Source: Macrostomum hystrix
Taxonomy: Eukaryota > Animalia > Platyhelminthes
Length of the DNA: 64,000 nucleotides
Assembly: GCA_950097015.1 (NCBI GenBank)
Contig: CATNEN010000005.1
Location: 3,224,001 to 3,288,000 of the forward strand
Direction of reading: 5' to 3'
How positions within the stretch are numbered: the first letter of the stretch is position 1; each line of letters begins with the position of its first letter. The position numbers and the translations under genes are program-made. Of the stretch, positions 59,583 to 64,000 are shown in pieces. The notes below the pieces were generated by a model. The model saw nothing but the letters and a program-made list of their open reading frames with translations, was not told the origin of the DNA and did not search any database.

Positions 59583-60797
59583 ATGCATACCCCATCCACC
59601 CCACATCGACCCTCAGGTAAAATAGTGCTAAAAGTGCTTCTACTGACAGTCATCTTCACGTTTATTTTCTTGTTAATTGACACTGCTTGGATTTCAAGAC
59701 GGCTTCATCGACGTTCATCAAGTGAAGTTTCGCTCGATGCTGCTTGGTTCGAGGACGAGGTGTCGTCAAAATCAACCATCAAGACAGTCAGCAGGGTGCC
59801 TCCGCGACCTCCGGTGAGCGGACTGCCGTGTCGAGAGCTGCCCGAGCGATTCCCGGACTCCATTCCGCCGATCGTGCACTGGACCACCAAGGATGGCCGA
59901 GTGCACAAGCTTCTAGTCGACACTGTCAAATCGTGGCTACTTCTGCGAAACCAAACCGCCAGGAACTCAACACTGAAGTGGTACTTCATGCACTGGGATG
60001 ACTTACAAATCAAGCAGCTGGTGGAGAAGCACTACCCAGTGCTGAGCAAGAGCTACTCGAAGCTGGCAAACGGTCTCGAGAGATCCGACATCGGACGGCT
60101 GGTCGTGCTGCACCACGTCGGGGGTGTGTACGTCGACCTGGACGTCGAGCTCAGACGGGATCTCACGCCGCTGCTGATTCCTGAGGACCAGCAACCAAGC
60201 GATGACGAAGCCTCAGACAAGTCCAGGAAGTCAGCTGGCTGTCGATCAGCTCTGTGGAGTCAGGAGCCTCCGGAACACGCCGAGTTCATATTCAACAGAC
60301 GTTGGATGATTTCGAATGCGTTCATGATGAGCAGAGCGAATCACAGCTTCCTGGAATATGTGCTCAGCAGCTGGCCCACTTGGTTCGAGGCCAAGATATC
60401 GGATGCATCCAGAACCCACAGTGACGCAGTTTATGTTACGGGTCCAAGGATGCTGCAAAAATTCTACGACAGGTTCGCAACCTTGAAGAAAGATCACCGT
60501 CCTGACGACTGGTGCGACAGAATGGTGGCGCCGGAGCCGGAACTGTTCCAGCCAATCATGGATAACGGATTTATAAGCCGAGGCATGAAAAACTTATGCA
60601 CGAATTTGGAGAAACTGTCAGAGCCCAGGCTGACTTATTGTCGAAATGCAGTCTGCGCGAACTTCAAGAACAGAGAGGTTCCGAGCACGGCCTACACAGT
60701 ACACCACTTCATGCACCTCAGCTACACGGATGAAATGAAGCTGAATGATTCGCAGTGCATCAGGCGACTCCTACCTGTTCTTACTTGCAAGATTTAG
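59583..60797 (+). CDS. GT32 glycosyltransferase, paralog 5 (most divergent C-terminal half)
   Basis: Same motifs. First in-frame ATG at 59583; the ORF track opens it at a GTG at 59556. Confidence 0.88.
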   Translation: MHTPSTPHRPSGKIVLKVLLLTVIFTFIFLLIDTAWISRRLHRRSSSEVSLDAAWFEDEVSSKSTIKTVSRVPPRPPVSGLPCRELPERFPDSIPPIVHWTTKDGRVHKLLVDTVKSWLLLRNQTARNSTLKWYFMHWDDLQIKQLVEKHYPVLSKSYSKLANGLERSDIGRLVVLHHVGGVYVDLDVELRRDLTPLLIPEDQQPSDDEASDKSRKSAGCRSALWSQEPPEHAEFIFNRRWMISNAFMMSRANHSFLEYVLSSWPTWFEAKISDASRTHSDAVYVTGPRMLQKFYDRFATLKKDHRPDDWCDRMVAPEPELFQPIMDNGFISRGMKNLCTNLEKLSEPRLTYCRNAVCANFKNREVPSTAYTVHHFMHLSYTDEMKLNDSQCIRRLLPVLTCKI

Positions 60798-61759
60798 GTG
60801 TCGAAAGCGAAGTGACATCTAACAGCAACTTGAGTGGCTGATTCGCTTATATTCGTTTTTTTTGTTTCACAGTTTCTGTTGCGAGTTTCTGCTGCGAGTG
60901 GACGAGGCATTTAGAACGAATAATGTTGATGACATCACTGAGAATGATAGATTCTGAATGGTCTGCGTCAATCTCGATTCGTCTCATTTGCCCTGTGATT
61001 TGTGAGCAATTAATATCAAATTTAATAATCTCGAATCGCATTATTTACCCCTTGCCGATCTACTACGTTGCCAAGGTGGACATGAGAGTTGAGCATTTGG
61101 TTCGAGTGCCTTTTTGTTTCATCAACTATGCCTAAAGAGTTCTAAAATCTCAGAACTACTTTATTTGTTGTCGCTTTGTTTTTACCGTCACAAATGCATG
61201 TGACGAACTATATAGTCTGTTCTGCCTTTTTGCGAGTTATGAGCAACGAACGCTTAAATTTAATTTATCCATTTCTAGGATCATTATTAGGCTACTCTTT
61301 GCGCATTTTAGTTTAATTTTTAAGCAGCACTGCACTGATTTACTATTATTTAGTTTGTTTATTAGAATATTAATGAAAATGTATGAACCATTTATTGCAC
61401 AGTGCTTTCTAGCATTTTTTAACTAGTCAACATTTTCTCTAACAACCCACAGATGATGAGACGTTATTTGACTTTTTTACTTCTCTAGCATGGATTTTAT
61501 CATAACTAAGCTTTGCTAAGCCACAGATTTTTTCTGCACCACTGCAGCTCATTGCCAGCTAATCGAACTTTTTGTAAAACCACTAGTTTCTTAAAAGTTT
61601 TTTAGCTATTTGACTTATTGTAGTAGGAACTATGCATTAGCTTAAAATAAACAAAGTATATATAAATATAAAAGCCGCAATAAATATAATTATTAACTAT
61701 ATAGCTTTTGTCAATCTAAATGATAATTTGGACATTAAAAACGATGGCTATGACGAGAG

Positions 61760-64000
61760 CGATGAGACACAGGAGAGATTAGACATGGGAGAGATTAGAC
61801 ACGGGAGAGATTAGACACGGGAGAGATTAGACACGGGGGAGATTAGACACGGGAGAGATTAGACACGGGAGAGATTAGACACGGGGGAGATTAGACACGG
61901 GAGAGATTAGACACGGGAGAGATTAGACACGGGAGAGATTAGACACGGGAGAGATTAGACACGCGGGAGATTAGACACGGGAGAGATTAGACACGGGAGA
62001 GATTAGACAACGGAGAGATTAGACACGGGGGAGATTAGACACGGGAGAGATTAGACATGGGAGAGATTAGACACGGGAGAGATTAGACACGGGAGAGATT
62101 AGACACGCGGGAGATTAGACACGGGAGAGATTAGACACGGGAGAGATTAGACAACGGAGAGATTAGACACGGGGGAGATTAGACACGGGAGAGATTAGAC
62201 ATGGGAGAGATTAGACATGGGAGAGATTAGACACGGGAGAGATTAGACACGGGGGAGATTAGACACGGGAGAGATTAGACACGGGAGAGATTAGACACGG
62301 GAGAGATTAGACACGCGGGAGATTAGACACGGGAGAGATTAGACACGGGAGAGATTAGACAACGGAGAGATTAGACACGGGGGAGATTAGACACGGGAGA
62401 GATTAGACACGGGAGAGATGAGACACGGGAGAGATTAGACACGGGAGAGATTAGACACGGGGGAGATTAGACACGGGGGAGATTAGACACGGGAGAGATT
62501 AGACACGGGAGAGATTAGACACGGGGGAGATTAGACACGGGAGAGATTAGACACGGGAGAGATTAGACACGGGAGAGATTAGACACGGGAGAGATTAGAC
62601 ACGCGGGAGATTAGACACGGGAGAGATTAGACACGGGAGAGATTAGACAACGGAGAGATTAGACACGGGGGAGATTAGACACGGGAGAGATTAGACATGG
62701 GAGAGATTAGACACGGGAGAGATTAGACACGGGAGAGATTAGACACGCGGGAGATTAGACACGGGAGAGATTAGACACGGGAGAGATTAGACAACGGAGA
62801 GATTAGACACGGGGGAGATTAGACACGGGAGAGATTAGACATGGGAGAGATTAGACACGGGAGAGATTAGACACGGGAGAGATTAGACACGGGAGAGATT
62901 AGACACGGGAGAGATTAGACACGGGGGAGATTAGACACGGGAGAGATTAGACACGGGAGAGATGAGACACGGGAGAGATTAGACACGGGAGAGATTAGAC
63001 ACGGGGGAGATTAGACACGGGAGAGATTAGACACGGGAGAGATTAGACACGGGAGAGATTAGACACGGGGGAGATTAGACACGGGAGAGATTAGACACGG
63101 GAGAGATTAGACACGGGAGAGATTAGACACGGGAGAGATTAGACACGGGAGAGATTAGACACGGGAGAGATTAGACACGGGAGAGATTAGACACGGGGGA
63201 GATTAGACACGGGAGAGATTAGACACGGGAGAGATTAGACACGGGAGAGATTAGACACGGGAGAGATTAGACACGGGAGAGATTAGACACGGGAGAGATT
63301 AGACACGGGAGAGATTAGACACGGGAGAGATTAGACACGGGGGAGATTAGACACGGGAGAGATTAGACACGGGAGAGATTAGACACGGGAGAGATTAGAC
63401 ACGGGAGAGATTAGACACAGGAGAGATGAGACACAGGAGAGATTAGACACGGGAGAGATTAGACACGGGAGAGATTAGACACGGGAGAGATTAGACACGG
63501 GAGAGATTAGACACGGGAGAGATTAGACACGGGAGAGATTAGACACGGGGGAGATTAGACACGGGAGAGATTAGACACGGGAGAGATTAGACACGGGAGA
63601 GATTAGATACGGGAGAGATTAGACACGGGGGAGATTAGACACGGGAGAGATTAGACACGGGGGAGATTAGACACGGGAGAGATTAGACACGGGGGAGATT
63701 AGACACGAGAGCGATGAGACACAGGAGAGATTAGACACGGGAGAGATTAGACACGGGAGAGATTAGACACGGGAGAGATTAGACACGGGAGAGATTAGAC
63801 ACGGGGGAGATTAGACACGGGAGAGATTAGACACGGGAGAGATTAGACACGGGAGAGATTAGACACGGGGGAGATTAGACACGGGAGAGATTAGACACGG
63901 GAGAGATTAGACACGGGAGAGATTAGACACGGGAGAGATTAGACACGAGAGCGATGAGACACAGGAGAGATTAGACACGGGAGAGATTAGACACGGGAGA
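61760..64000 (+). repeat. 16-bp satellite (gggagagattagacac), running off the window end
   Basis: About 140 units with periodically recurring variant units. Confidence 0.97.

Overview
Eukaryotic (animal) genomic DNA. CAG-rich exons, GT-AG introns packed with minisatellites and an intronless peptide-type GPCR suggest a Macrostomum-like flatworm; this is an inference, not a database match. Mobile elements: a full-length, very young Mag-clade Ty3/Gypsy LTR retrotransposon (1822-6891, identical 333-bp LTRs, 5-bp TSD) whose U3 carries three perfect heat-shock elements upstream of a TATA box; a hAT-Charlie MITE carrying a satellite; a nested cluster of decayed Gypsy and LINE pieces; tRNA-derived SINEs; and a probable solo LTR. 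Genes: a degenerate SLC6-like transporter; two divergently oriented GATA genes (one single-finger with an atypical CX2CX18CX2C finger directly after (CAG)30, one double-finger with a Gly/Ser-expanded linker) flanking a 5-exon beta-propeller-like orphan; a class A GPCR; and five tandem, mosaic GT32 (DXD) glycosyltransferase paralogs. About 20 minisatellite arrays are present, and the window ends in a 16-bp satellite with higher-order structure. All gene models were assembled by eye from splice sites and reading phase, and no searches were run.
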